Assembly (NCBI RefSeq): GCF_009914755.1
Contig: NC_060939.1
DNA length: 64,000 nucleotides
Reading direction: 5' to 3' (one strand)
DNA from: the human T2T-CHM13v2.0 reference genome, Homo sapiens
Part shown: positions 1-12,616 of the stretch, piece by piece
Numbering within the stretch: position 1 is the first letter of the stretch
How the letters are laid out: each line of letters opens with the position of its first letter
Program-made: the position numbers and the translations under genes
Notes under the pieces: model-generated
Told to the model about the DNA's origin: nothing
Database searches by the model: none
Seen by the model: the letters and a program-made list of their open reading frames with translations, nothing else

Positions 1-1440
1 ATTACCATATTATAACATGTTGACATAGAGGCAGATACACAGTTATAGATCCCTATATAGAATTGCCAAAATTATCTCCCTGTTAGTAAACATTTACTCT
101 AAGCCTCAGTTATATCTGGGATTTCAATGTACCCTAAGGAATATTTGTAACACAAAAGCATGCAACACTACTAGGTCATAAAGATAGTCTTTCCAAACAA
201 ATGTTAACACTAATAAATGCTAAATAGTTATAATGCCCGCTTAGAGTTTGGAAGAGTTTGAGACCATTTGGATTTTACAGATCTCTAAGAAACCGTCCAA
301 GGAAAATTAAATTACTGTCGTCTTTTTTATCTCAATAAATTCTCTCCTAGCAAAGAAAAAACGTTATTCCAAAATATGTAGTAGTCTCCACGCTGCTGCA
401 TTCAAGGTGACGATAATTATTCTCACAGAGAGCTGAGCAGTGCGGGATGACTGGAAGACCTCACCAAGGACTTTATTTGTGGAGATTTGGAAAGTCTCTT
501 TATTATGATCCTCATACTTGTCTACCCCTCCCCCATGTTAATGTATCTTCTGTGTTGCTTCCTGCACGAAATCACCAGCAGTGGTGTCTGAGCGATGGTG
601 AGGTAGCCGGGGACATAGCCCGCTCTGCCTGCGTTTGCTGTTGAGACTGGGACACCACGTGGATGTGAAGCCACCGCGTATTTTCTTTGAATCGCCCCCT
701 CACTCCAAAAGCTGGGGGTTTGCTGTGATTCTCAGCCATGAACAGAGACATCCAGGTTGGGTGATGATGAGGTCGTCACAAGGTGAACAGGATGTAAGAA
801 AGGAGCCCTGAAGTGTCTCCAAGGTTTTTGGCCCAACGGGGGAATGTGTTACAGCCTGTTTTCCTCCCCTGAAAATTGCGACATGAATATTAGGTAGATG
901 CTTACAAAACATCAAAGAAAGGTTGAAAATTGTCTGCAAAACCAATTTTACTAAATATGTGTGCTTATATCGTTTATTGAGAAAGAATATTAAGCTCTGG
1001 CAAAAAAAGAACCTCAGTGCAGAGAAAATAGGCATAACAAATTTTAATAACTGTTTTCCTGATTACAGAGTAATTAATGATCATTGTAGAAAATTTATAA
1101 AACAGAGAAAAGTATGAAGAAAAATCAAGATCAATGCCAATTTTACTACCTTGAGATAACTGCTGTTTTATAAAAAATTATATATATTTATCCTTTCTAT
1201 TTTTGCATTATCATAAATAATAAAGTTCTCTATGAAATGAGCACTTACTTTATGCTAACATTCTGCTAAGTGCTTTAGACACATTATCTTAGTTTATTCT
1301 CACTAAAACCTGTGAATTAAGTATTATTATTGTTCCCATTTAACATCAAGGAACTAAAACAGACCAAGATCACACAAATAGCAAAAGATAAAGATGAGTT
1401 CTGAGCCCCGATAGGTGTGATCTCAGAATCAACTCTAAAC

Positions 1441-1751
1441 CAGAACTACTCAAGTGTGGTCCAGGGACCAGTGCTGATCTATGAACTGTATATTACTGGT
1501 CAATGCTGAGATAAGTATAGGAATCCAGGACAAGCATTTAGATGCCTTTGTGGCAACTTCACATTGTGATGTGCATAATCACTGACTCTTATTGATGAAG
1601 GGTCTGGGGGCACACAACTTGCATGGCTGGCGAGGGGCACCTAGTGTGAACTGAATACCATTCAGATAGTAGGACACTCACTCTGAAATCAATTGGAGAT
1701 TTAAGAAGAAACAAATTCGGTCCTTTGCCACAAATAGTTTCCAAAGCATTG
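1441..1751. mobile_element. hAT-Charlie-type DNA transposon fossil inserted into a MIR (~1235-1770)
   Basis: Termini CAGAACTACTCAA...TTTCCAAAGCATTG with perfect 8-bp TSD CTCTAAAC at 1433-1440 and 1752-1759. Confidence 0.8.
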
Positions 1752-2842
1752 CTCTAAACCATTATATTGCCTCCCTGGAGTGAAAACAAAGAAATCAACG
1801 TAGCCGAGTAAGATGCTAAGAAATAGGAAGATGCAGTGTTATGAAGCTCAGCTTCAGAAAGAGCTTTGTTGCCCACAAACTCTGTCATTAATGGTGAGTG
1901 ACTTTTGGCGAGTCCTTGCTCCACCCAAGCATAAGACAGGGCCGGTGAGGACTTGCCTGCAGAGCTGAAGATGGGAGAGAAAAATCCTATGATGGGCTTC
2001 TCCATTCTTACTGTGGCAGATGCTACCGGCTGTCCCCACCCCCCTCCATCTTTCCCTCCCTTCTTCCAAAACTGAGTCTTAGCTGAGCACACAGAAGCCC
2101 AGAATAAGGATTTGTTCCCCGCATCCCTTGCAGCTGGCGGGGGGACACAGGACAGGGTCCAGACAGAGGGGTGTAAATGGGAGCATCTCTGGAGGTGTCA
2201 GGAACTTTCCTCTTTCTTCCTTATTATCTCTGCTTCTATTCTATTGCTTGGAACCTGGATTTGATGGAAGAAGAGGAAAGAGTCTCACCTTGGAGATGGT
2301 GGAAAGGAAGCTGGAAGGATCAGAATCCCTAAGGACTTCGCAGACTAACCACAGCAAAACCAGTGCTGGCTGCCTGCTGGACGACTGGCACATGAAGAAG
2401 AAATAAACTTCTGTTTCGAATAAGTCACTAGCATTTTGGGTTTATTGTCCCTTGTAGCCAAATCCAATCCAAACTAGTATACTCATGCAGCCAAATTGGT
2501 CTCTTGATCACCCCCCCGCTCCCAGTTTTCCCTAGTCTGCTCTGACAAATCTGATCTGAGGACTGGGAAGAGAGGATGTATAACCACACAGATGGCATTT
2601 GAGGCAGGGGAGAAGTGGAAGAGGATTCCCAAAGGGACATTTTACAAGAAACTGACTTGGCACCAAGAGTCTCCTTCCTCTGTCCAGTGTTTGGTGCCAA
2701 CATCCCAGCGGGTCGACATCCTGGCAAACGCTGCCATGTCTTTGGGGACTATGCCGCTTCGAGTTTACTTTAGAAACAGTATTTCACCTGGCATGCTCAC
2801 AAAGGCATTGTGACTTTGGCGACCTCCTGTTGCCACTGGTCC

Positions 2843-3140
2843 CTAGTTTTGTGCTGGAGGTGGCTCATGCTGGCTCTTCAATACAGTCATTATTAAAAAT
2901 GGAAATATATCAACTTGAAGTTCAATAAATTATATCAAAAACAAAGGCAATAAATACTCAGAACTCATCACTTCCTAATTTCATTTTCCACCCTTGACCA
3001 TGATCTATGTTCTTGAAGTTATCTTGTTTCTTGTATGAATATGGTGGGAATACTGTGTCATGCTGGGCGGTTCACATCTTTTCCTAACTCTGCCTTCAGC
3101 AACGTGACGATGATGGTTTGAAATTGACCATGATGGGAAC
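2843..3140. mobile_element. MER63-like DNA transposon fragment
   Basis: AATAAATTATATCAAAAACAAAGGCAATAAATACTCAGAACTCATCACTTCCTAAT matches remembered MER63 consensus. Confidence 0.65.
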
Positions 3141-5918
3141 AGGTATTGACTGGGGTTCTTTCCTCCTAGATAATGTGGGGCCAGAGAGGAATAAAAGTCC
3201 CTATCCCTTCGGAGTTTCCAATCTCACTGAAGTATCACAAACATGAAATAAAATATTATGTATGAAGGAGAACTAGAACTGAACTCAGCTAGGAGGCAGG
3301 AGAGCTAGAATCTGTTCTCAGCTCTGAAACAAGTGGTGGGACTGTGGGCAAGTCTCTTGGTCTCTCATCACAGCGTTTTTCATCTAGAAAATCCCATTGG
3401 ACTCCAAGCTCCACCAGGGGAGCAGCTGCGTTTACCCCATTTGCTGCTACATCCCAGCCCTCCAGCATAATTCCAGACATGTAAGAGGCAATGAAGCAAT
3501 GCTTGTCAAGTAAATGAATGAGTGGGAAAGCACCATCTCCACCAACCCTTCCAGCTCTGAGAATGTGGAGGTCCATGATCCAAACTAAGGTTAAGAGAAG
3601 TGGCACAAGACTGAGAGCCAGGGATGGTCAACACGGGCCAGTTTCCTCAGATGCCTACAAGGAAGGGGCCATGCTGGACTCTGGGCAAAGGTGGGCAAGC
3701 CAAGAAGTTGGGCAAGCCAGGAAGTCTGACTGAGATCACAGTGATCATTCCTCGAAGCCCTGGTGAGAATCGTGAGCGGACATTCCTTTTAGTTCTTCTC
3801 TGTTGTCTGGTACCTGACTTCATGCTTTGGTTCAATACTGCCTTGAATGCCAGCTGAAGAGTTTGTTAAACTCCCAGCAAAACAAACAAACAAACAAAAA
3901 AACATTGAACCATCCCCCTGCCCACTACCACTTCCAGCTCGCTGTGGAGCTCATTCTCACACCCCTCCCAAGATCTCTTGCTGATAGTCTCGGAAATATT
4001 TACAGCAATCGCCTGAGTACATTTCTTTTCTTTCCTTGGCTAAACTATAATTTTGCTATTTAAAAAAAGTTACAAAAGGAATGCAAATGTGCCCGTTAAC
4101 TTTTCCATATTCTTACCACTCTGAGTCTGATTTTAAAGCGGAAAACGTTGCATTTGTGAGAATACTCAAATTTAATGTAAATTTCTCAAGATAAGGCAAA
4201 TTCTCTCATTTATTAGCAGTGCAGAAACACAATAGCCAATGAATGTATCCCGACTATGATACTCTACCTGTTGACATCACCCTCCCATCCTACCCAGTCC
4301 CAACACACATACAGTTCCCCCTTCAGAGATGATGAAAAAGCAAGACCATTACCACTTTGTAGTTATTTCACATTCTAAATTGCTCTTGGAGCGAGTTCAA
4401 AGGTGTTAGGTCAGAATTTTGAATGCGATTGTTATTATTTATTCTTAAGGTTTTTTTAAGTCTGAATTGATTGAAATAACTTGTTTTTTCCATGTGGAAA
4501 GATGAAAACAGAGATTTATTACTATAGTCTCACAAATGATGAAGGGTGTGCAGTGAGTGAAGATAGATTTGTTCCCAGAATCCTCACATGCCAGAACTAA
4601 GGGCACATAGTCAGAATTAAAGAAGATGCCTGTTTACAAATCTATTTAGAATTGCCCCACGTGCGGAAGAGGATATTGGCCATCCCACAGTCCCACATGT
4701 TGCTGGGTCAGGGTAGGAAATCAGCTTCTTTGAGCCTCAGTTTCCTCAAATGTAAAAGGGAGATAATGATATCTATATGAAAGGATTGCCAGGATTAAAT
4801 CAGAGAAATAGCCCAGGCCAGCGCCTTGAACTTGTGTGCACTCCCAAATGTTAGCTCCATTCCCCCTTGCTCCCTCCCCCGTCCGACTTGCCCCCATTTC
4901 CAGCCAGTCACTTGGACAAGTTATTATCAATACAGACCTTACTACTCCCAAGAAGTCGCTCAGGTGAAGATTCTGCATAGCTGGGGTGGAGAGGGGGAGT
5001 TTAGCCCTATGTGTAAATGGTAGATACAGTTTTAGAGTTTCCACGAATTCAGGCTTTGGGTGGTTCCCCATTCTCCAGGTTGCAGCTAGAAGGACAAACA
5101 TGCCCTCAGCCAGTGTCAGACACAAGGAAGGGGTGTCCATGTGTGACCCTGTTGGGCTCCTTTGAGCTTCTGAAAAGCCTCTTGGCCCTCTGTCCCTCAT
5201 TACTACAAACTGCCCAGGGCCTTACCAGTTGCCTGAATAGCTTATATACTCAATTAATTTGAGTTAAAATGTTAATGGGTGGTAATGGCCTTTAATTTGC
5301 CACCACTTCCTCATTTTAACCCAAACATTCAATGACTTAGTCTACAGAAGTGATGGCTGTAGGACCTTCGGGCTTCTTGGAAAATCCAAGGCAGGAAAAG
5401 AGACTTGCTTAAACAGAGGGGTAAGCAGGAGGGGAGGGGTCAGGGTGGCCAAGCCAAGCACATGCCCATGTGGCAGTTCACATCACCAGTCTGACATTCT
5501 CCGCCAATCTCATCAGTCTTCCTCTTTCCAGATTCCAGGAACAAACTCATTTTGCAGAGGCAGCAACGGGTGGTGTATGTACACAATCACTTGTTAAAGG
5601 AGCTGGCCCAACGAGACCCAAACCTAAGTGATCACAGATAGCAGGTATTCTATAGTCAACGATCACACGGGTCCCCCATCACCCTCCAAGAAAAATCCCA
5701 CTTCAGTGACTCTCATTGCAAGGACAGCGTCTATGTGAGGAAGCTAGCTCTACTTCCGAGCAGGTATACTTGAGAGATATTGCTCTGTGGGTCTGATTAC
5801 AGGGATCTCTCTATATGGAATCGAACCATTCAACAAAAGCTTCCACTGTTTCCTGTCCACTCATATGACTCTGGTCTGGTGGGTGCAAAGAAGGAAGACT
5901 GAGCCTGGGATGAGAACA

Positions 5919-6004
5919 TGGGCCACCTAACAGGAAACGGAAATAGATTCTGCTGTAATCGTGGGTCACCTAACAGGAAATGGAAATAGACTCTGTTGTA
6001 ATTG
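5919..6004 (+). repeat. 43-bp tandem duplication (2 copies)
   Basis: TGGGCCACCTAACAGGAAACGGAAATAGATTCTGCTGTAATCG / TGGGTCACCTAACAGGAAATGGAAATAGACTCTGTTGTAATTG. Confidence 0.92.
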
Positions 6005-8347
6005 TGCTTGCAGCAATGAGGTTGACCCGACCTGGTGAATTTAGTACCACGGCAACACTTCCATGATGTTCTGCATGGTAAGAGTGCAGTAGGTAGAGAA
6101 GCAGAGAAGCAGAGAACAGAGGAGAGAAAGGTCAGTTTCTTCTTGCTCTTTTGGGGGATCTTATTAATCAATTATAAGTGAGCCAGGAGACCTTAGGTCT
6201 ACTGCAGCTCAAATCCCCTATCATAATTAGACACCTGAATGTCTGTCTCCCTTGTGAACAGTGAGCCACTAGAGGGCAGGAAACCCGAGGTGTCTCTCTC
6301 CACTTGGTGTCTCTAGCTCCTAGCACAGAGCCTGGTACAAGGTAGGTTAAATATTGCTGCACGTTGGAGTGAGTGGAGGAGCGATTCAAATACAGAGCAG
6401 CATACCAGGCGCATCCTGTACTTTCCTCTCCCTATTCAGGTATCCCAACCATTCCCTTCAGAAAAACAAGGCAAAATGATGACAAAAACCTCTCCACACC
6501 TCCTAAACCACCCTTCAAGCAAGAAAAAGGGAAAGATTTTGGCATTTTGAAAACTTGAAATAAGGATGGTTAGACCCCGTGCCAGCCACACTGATGGGAA
6601 ACTCTCCTTTGACGTCTCATCCCTGCCTCTAACAGACAGGGAGAGTGACGTCCAACATTGTTCTCAACATCAGAAAAACCTCACCCCAAGAAAAATACAT
6701 GGTATTTTCGAAGTGCTTACTGTAAAAGGAGCAGGGTGCGCTGACTTCGCCAAGGAATGGGAAGGAAATGAAGCGCTGAGGTGGGAATTAGTACACGCTT
6801 CCTCTGGGGAAAAGACATCTGCTCCTGGCACTCCTCAAAGGAGGTGATGCAGAGCTCTCCCTTGACGCTGTGCTGCTTCCCTAATCCATTCTCCAGGCTG
6901 GGTGATGGGACCTCTTCCTGCAGGGGAGAGCCTGCCCTGGCTCCCAGGGTCAACAAGGGCAGCAGCCCCCGGCTTGGAAGCCTCCCTCCTGCCCCTCCTT
7001 ACACACGAAGGGGCAGAAGGGCTCTGGGCACAAGCAGTACTTTGGTAGAAAATCAGAAGGCCCTCTTACATCCCCGGGGGCGCCATGAAGGGACTTGGCT
7101 GCTGCCAGCCCCTCGCCAAACTCCTCTGAGTGGTCCAGGGGATAAGGCCGACACGCCCCTCCCATTCACTGGGGTGTGGTTTCCAGCACTTAGGACATTC
7201 CATGTAGCTTCTCCAACAGGACTCCTCCTCCCCACACTCAAACCCAAAGGACCCTTTCATAAACCAGATGATCATTTCTGGAAAGTTACATTTCTTAATT
7301 TCAGGAATTGTTCCAATTCGTGCAAAGAAAATAAAAGGTAATTATCTAATTCCAGTAAAACTTAATGGGGCCCTTCCCACCCCTGGCTAATGGTTGGTGT
7401 GAAATGTAATTTGACTTAAACTGTCTAAGGCTGTGAAAGTGTACAATATTCGGAAGGGTGGGGGGCATTACCCCTTGTGGGAGCCATATTTTTCTAGAAG
7501 GCATTTTGATCAAGACAGGCCTCCCGCGGTTATTGATCTTAGGGTCATTGAGAGTCCAAGAACTGGGGAGATGAAGGCCACCCGGCGTCAGCACCGCGAG
7601 GGCGGACGGAAGGCGGGCGCTGAGTCTCCCATTGGGGTTCTAGCCGAGGGTTCCAGCCAGGATTGCGTGATCTGGGGGCAGCTCGGAGAGCTCTCCCGAC
7701 CCAGTATCGGGTCTATAAATGGAGATAAAGATCAGCACCTGGAGGGAGTGGTTTCTCGAGGGCTGAGAGCCTCGCCCACAAACTGTAGTCAGCATCTTCA
7801 CTGAAGTTGGCCTGTCTTGGATATTTCTTCTCTCCTCCCCTTCCCCCACCTCCCCTCCTAATTCATCAACTGCTGAAACATCTGCCTGGCTGAAACCGCC
7901 TTCTCGCCGCGCGCTGGGGGCTGTCCCCAGGTGTTGGTCTTTGTGTCGAGAAAACTTTGCGAGGAGGCGAGGGAGCTGGACAAAGAGCGGGCGAGGGAGG
8001 GCGTTTGCCAGCCTGAGGGGTGCGCCGGGCGGTGCGCGCACTTCCCTGGGCTCAGCTCCGTACCCGGTCGCTCGCGGTGGCCAGAGCCCAGTCTCTCTAG
8101 GCCAGGAGTGGCGTCCGGCTGCATCCCCGCGCCCTCGGGAGCTGAATAAAGCCAGGCGGGAGAAGCAAAGGCTAGCGCCTGGACGCTGGAGTTGGTGGGA
8201 GGAGGCGAGCAGAGGCGCGGAGCAAAGCTGTCAAACTGCGCGCGGAGCCGGGCGCGGGGCGGGGGAAGGGAGAGGAGGGAGGGAGGGGCAGGCGGGAGCC
8301 GGGAGGGAGCGAGCGGGCTCGCCGCGCCTGAGCAACCCCTGCCTGTC

Positions 8348-8378
8348 GCTGCCGCTGCCGCTGCCGCTGCCGCCGCCG
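8348..8378 (+). repeat. (GCTGCC)4(GCC)2 GC-rich microsatellite in the 5' leader region
   Basis: gctgccgctgccgctgccgctgccgccgccg read directly. Confidence 0.9.
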
Positions 8379-8513
8379 GCCCGGACTCGTCCGGAGCGCA
8401 GGGTGTCTGCCCAGCTGCGCGCGGCGCGCGGAGGCTCCGGCGTCCGCCGCTGCGCCCTCCGGCCCCTGCTCCTCGCGCCGGCCCGCTTGGGTCCTGGCGG
8501 GCGCGAACCCACC

Positions 8514-8611
8514 ATGCAGCTGCAGTTCCGGAGCTGGATGCTGGCCGCGCTCACGCTGCTCGTGGTCTTCCTCATCTTCGCAGACATCTCAGAGATCGAA
8601 GAAGAAATCGG
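8514..8611 (+). CDS. ST8SIA2: ST8SIA2 coding exon 1 (aa 1-33): cytoplasmic tail and type II signal-anchor
   Basis: CCCACCATG start context; translates MQLQFRSWMLAALTLLVVFLIFADISEIEEEIG, the recognised N-terminus of ST8Sia II; donor GG|GTAAAT at 8612; 98 nt, ends in phase 2. Confidence 0.98.
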
Positions 8612-10712
8612 GTAAATAGCTGCTCCCAGGCCCGTGCCACGAGCCCTGGCGGGATCTCTCCCTCCTTCTGTACTCTCCACCCTCCGACCCCCTTTGTGTG
8701 CGCCGCGCCCCGCTGTAGCTCCGCTGGAGAGATGGGGACGGTTTGGCAGAAGGTGGCGGCGACAGGGGCCCGGGACGGTTTGGGGAGAGGAGGGTGGGGG
8801 CGCGGCTGCTGTGGGGTGTCCCCGGGCGGGGTTCACGGGAAGCCCCCAGCTGGCCCGCGTCGGGAAGCGGACTCGCCCACCCTGCCCCCCTGCCTGGCGT
8901 GTCCAAGCGCAGTGTCGCCGGGGTCGAGGGAGGGCGCCGGGGAGTGTCTCGGGCGGGCGGAGGGGCCGAGAGTGGAGGGAGGCAGGAGTTTCTTTGTCTC
9001 CAGCACGGCCGCTTTCTCGCCTTGGCAAAGTGGGCAGGGGGCGCGCAGGGATCTCTGAGCTGGGGGAGGGGTTCCTCGGGCCGGAGCGGAGGGCGGGGTT
9101 CTGCATGGGCTACTGGGAAGCGGAATGTCCCCTGCACACACAGACAGGCACACGCGCCTCCCGCCGGCCCGGGAGCCCGGCGTAGGAGCTGGCACCACTA
9201 GAGAAGGGCTCGCATAGCTGGACTGAGACCCCCCGCCCTCGCCTGGCTTTGGACGTTCAGCCAAGCCACGGCAACCCCGGCGACCCTGGGTTCCTGTGCG
9301 CTCGCAGCGCGGAGACGGAGACATTTCGGGAAAGTCTGTACCGCCGCCCGGTGGGCTTCTGGGCCCTCAGGCGGGCGATCTGGCGCTTTTTTTCTCCCGA
9401 CCTCGCCAGAGGTAGGGTGGGACCGCGAGCCCGGATCCTCCCGGCTCCGGACTTCCTGGAGTGCGCACTTGAGGCGCGGGACGCACCGGCTGTGTGTCCC
9501 AGGGGCTGAGACTCGCGCCCCGCCCCGCAGCCTTCGGCTCGCCGGGCCGGGCCCCTCTCCGGAACCTCCAAAGGGCGGTAGACGACAGGTGGGGAGGCAG
9601 CCGGGGTTCTGAGGAGGCCCGAGGAGAGCTTCCTGGCCCTGGGCAAGGGGAAGGTGAGGTCTCAAAGAGGGCAGAAGGTCTCTTCTTCTGTGGGATTTGT
9701 GCTCTGCCAGGCGCTCTTCTCGAGTCCCGCGCCGCGTGCGCCCCTCCTTTGTCCCATTTGTTACTTCATTTGTTATCTGTGCTAGTTGAGGGTCCGCCAC
9801 ACTGTCAGTCCCTCAAATGGGAGATGCCAGTCCTGGGCCCAGGCGGGATGCCGAGGCCCCAAGGACAAAAACTTGTGACAAGTGCCGCTTCCTGCTCTCA
9901 TTTTCTCCCTGCCCCTGCCCATCTCCCTGGAATTCCTTCTGTGAACTCCGCTGGGCTTCCAGAACCCCTCTCCCTGCCTCTTTCTCCTCTCATTCTCGGT
10001 TTCCCCAAGAGCTCTGAAAACTTTCACAAATGCTGCGCAGTTAATACACAACGTGCCACCAATTCCCACGCAGAGATAAACATGCTACTTTTCATAGCTG
10101 CTCGCCTCAGAAACGTGGATTGGAAAGGAAATCGGGCAAGTCACGTCTTGGGGTAATGGAAGATGCGGTGAGGAGGGCCTTCCTCTAGGCTCTCCGGCTT
10201 CTGATTCCGGATGTGGGCACTGCCCGGCTCAGATCACTTGCTGACCTTTGCCCATGTGAGAGGGAAGGCCCGGCGCTGCCCATTGTCCTGTTATAAAAAC
10301 ATAAGTGCTGTGCTTATCCAGGCACCCCTAGGTCAGCCATTCACTGAATTCTTACCAAATACCTTCCACATGCTGGGAACTTTTAATTTTTAAAATGCAA
10401 TCAGGAGATCACTTTGCACATAATGTTGCACTTTCTTGCCAAATGCACGGTGAAGCCTACGCTCCCCACATCAGGTTGTTCCCATATATGTACGCACCCC
10501 GGGGACTTGTCTCACTTGAGTGCTCCCTGCTTCTTTTTATCCTGTCTCTGCTGGGCCAATCCTAGGAAAAAACGGTCAAACAAGTACGATGTGTCACCTC
10601 CTGTGGCATCTTCCTTCCCTCTCTTGCCTCTCGTCCCAGGCTGACCACTGGCTTGACCAGTCCTGACCAGGCCTAAGACACCCTCTCTCCCAGGCTGATG
10701 TAGCTGCCTTAG

Positions 10713-11249
<537 letters not shown>

Positions 11250-12299
11250 TAACACTAAATTCATTCTTGGAATTACCCCAACTTTGGGCAGCTGGGCTCA
11301 GTGCCCAATAAGAGCCTTGGCACAGTGGCCAGTGAGGGGCATCAAGAGGGCTCCGCCTTCCTCACCATATGCCTTCCTGGAGACCTCGAATCATACTCAG
11401 GCACAAGAGGCTTTTGCACCAGCCCTGCCCCTCCATCCCCAACTCACTCCGGACCTGTGCTAGGGAGGATTACAGATGATCTGCGCGTGTCGGCCCCTGG
11501 GAGAAAGCGATGGCTCTGTAAAAGGATGGCTGTTTCTGGAAAGTAATGAACAGTGGGACCCTGTGATCTGTTGGAAGGAAGGAAAGATAGAAGGAACCTC
11601 TTTTGGGGGTAACTTTTTCAAGGATTAAGGAATTTTAAAAAGTGAAAGAAGAAAGTGAATTACATGTGTATTATCTGGAGGGATAAAACTGAGATTTACT
11701 TTTCTGAAGCTTTTGATTCTCTTTTTTTTATAAAATGAGGCTTTTAATGTGGTGGTCTCAGAGGTCCTGTCCTGCCTGAAAAGTTATACATCATGAATTG
11801 AGGGGCAGGGCTTTCTTTGAGGGGAGTTTTCTGAGACACACATCTCTTTTCCTTAGTGATTATTTTCCAAAGTTCCATTTCTGACTCTCTTGCTCTCATT
11901 GAGCTGGAGCTGACTAAGAAAACAAAATGTAGAAAGATAAGTTCTCTGCAAAGCACCTAGAGAGTCCTGCCTGGTAGCCAAGGAGTGAATTCAAATTCTA
12001 AGTCAGAAATTGGGTGGGGCTTTGGTAAAATAGGCCCTGATCAATTCATGCACACTCCCAAGTTTTAGATCCAATTCGACCAAGTTGTAAGCTAAAATCT
12101 TCTGATTGTTTCTTGGCCCTTAATCTTGAGTGTAACTTCCACTAGGGGATTGTGAGGCGTAGCTGTCTTGCCCATCATGGTGTCCATGGAACTGGGCACA
12201 CAAGGCATTCAATAAACATCTGTTGGATAAATATTTTCCTGAGTCTGGCACAGTGATGGGCACACACAGCATCCTTGGGCAAAGTTGAAACTCAGAGCT

Positions 12300-12616
12300 G
12301 GCCGGGAACGGTGGCTCACGCCTGTAATCCCAACACTTTGGGAGGCCGAGGCAGGTAGATCACCTGAGGTCAGGAGTTTGAGACCAGACTGGCCAACATG
12401 GTGAAACTCCATCTCTACTAAAAGTACAAAAATTAGCCAGGCATGGTGGCGGGTGCCTGTAATACCAGCTACTCGGGAGGCTGAGGCAGGAGAATGGCTT
12501 GAAACCTGGGAGGAAGAGGTTGCAGTGAGCCAAGATCACGCCATTGCACTCCAGCCTGGGCGACAGAGCGAGACTCCATCTCAAAAAAAGAAAAAAGAAA
12601 AGAAAAAGAAAGAAAG
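12300..12616 (+). mobile_element. AluS
   Basis: GGCCGGGAACGGTGGCTCACGCC... dimer with A-rich tail; TSD-like GAAACTCA. Confidence 0.95.

Larger units (their letters stand above)
7580..9750. promoter_or_regulatory. CpG island and GC-box promoter of ST8SIA2, spanning 5' flank, exon 1 and start of intron 1
   Basis: Very high GC and CpG density; GC boxes (e.g. GGGGCGGGGG ~8256-8265); inverted CCAAT (ATTGG) ~7631; boundaries estimated by eye. Confidence 0.9.

Noticed and set aside
5919-6004. Repeat pair as a CRISPR-like array
   Set aside because: Only two abutting copies, no spacers, eukaryotic context with no cas genes
7714-7720. TATAAAT as the ST8SIA2 TATA box
   Set aside because: About 800 bp upstream of the ATG and far from the GC-box cluster where initiation is expected; unsupported without TSS data
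7640-10156. Many long overlapping ORFs (130-290 aa) on both strands
   Set aside because: Stop-codon depletion in the GC-rich CpG island; low-complexity Arg/Gly/Pro/Ala translations. Only 8514-8611 is real coding sequence.
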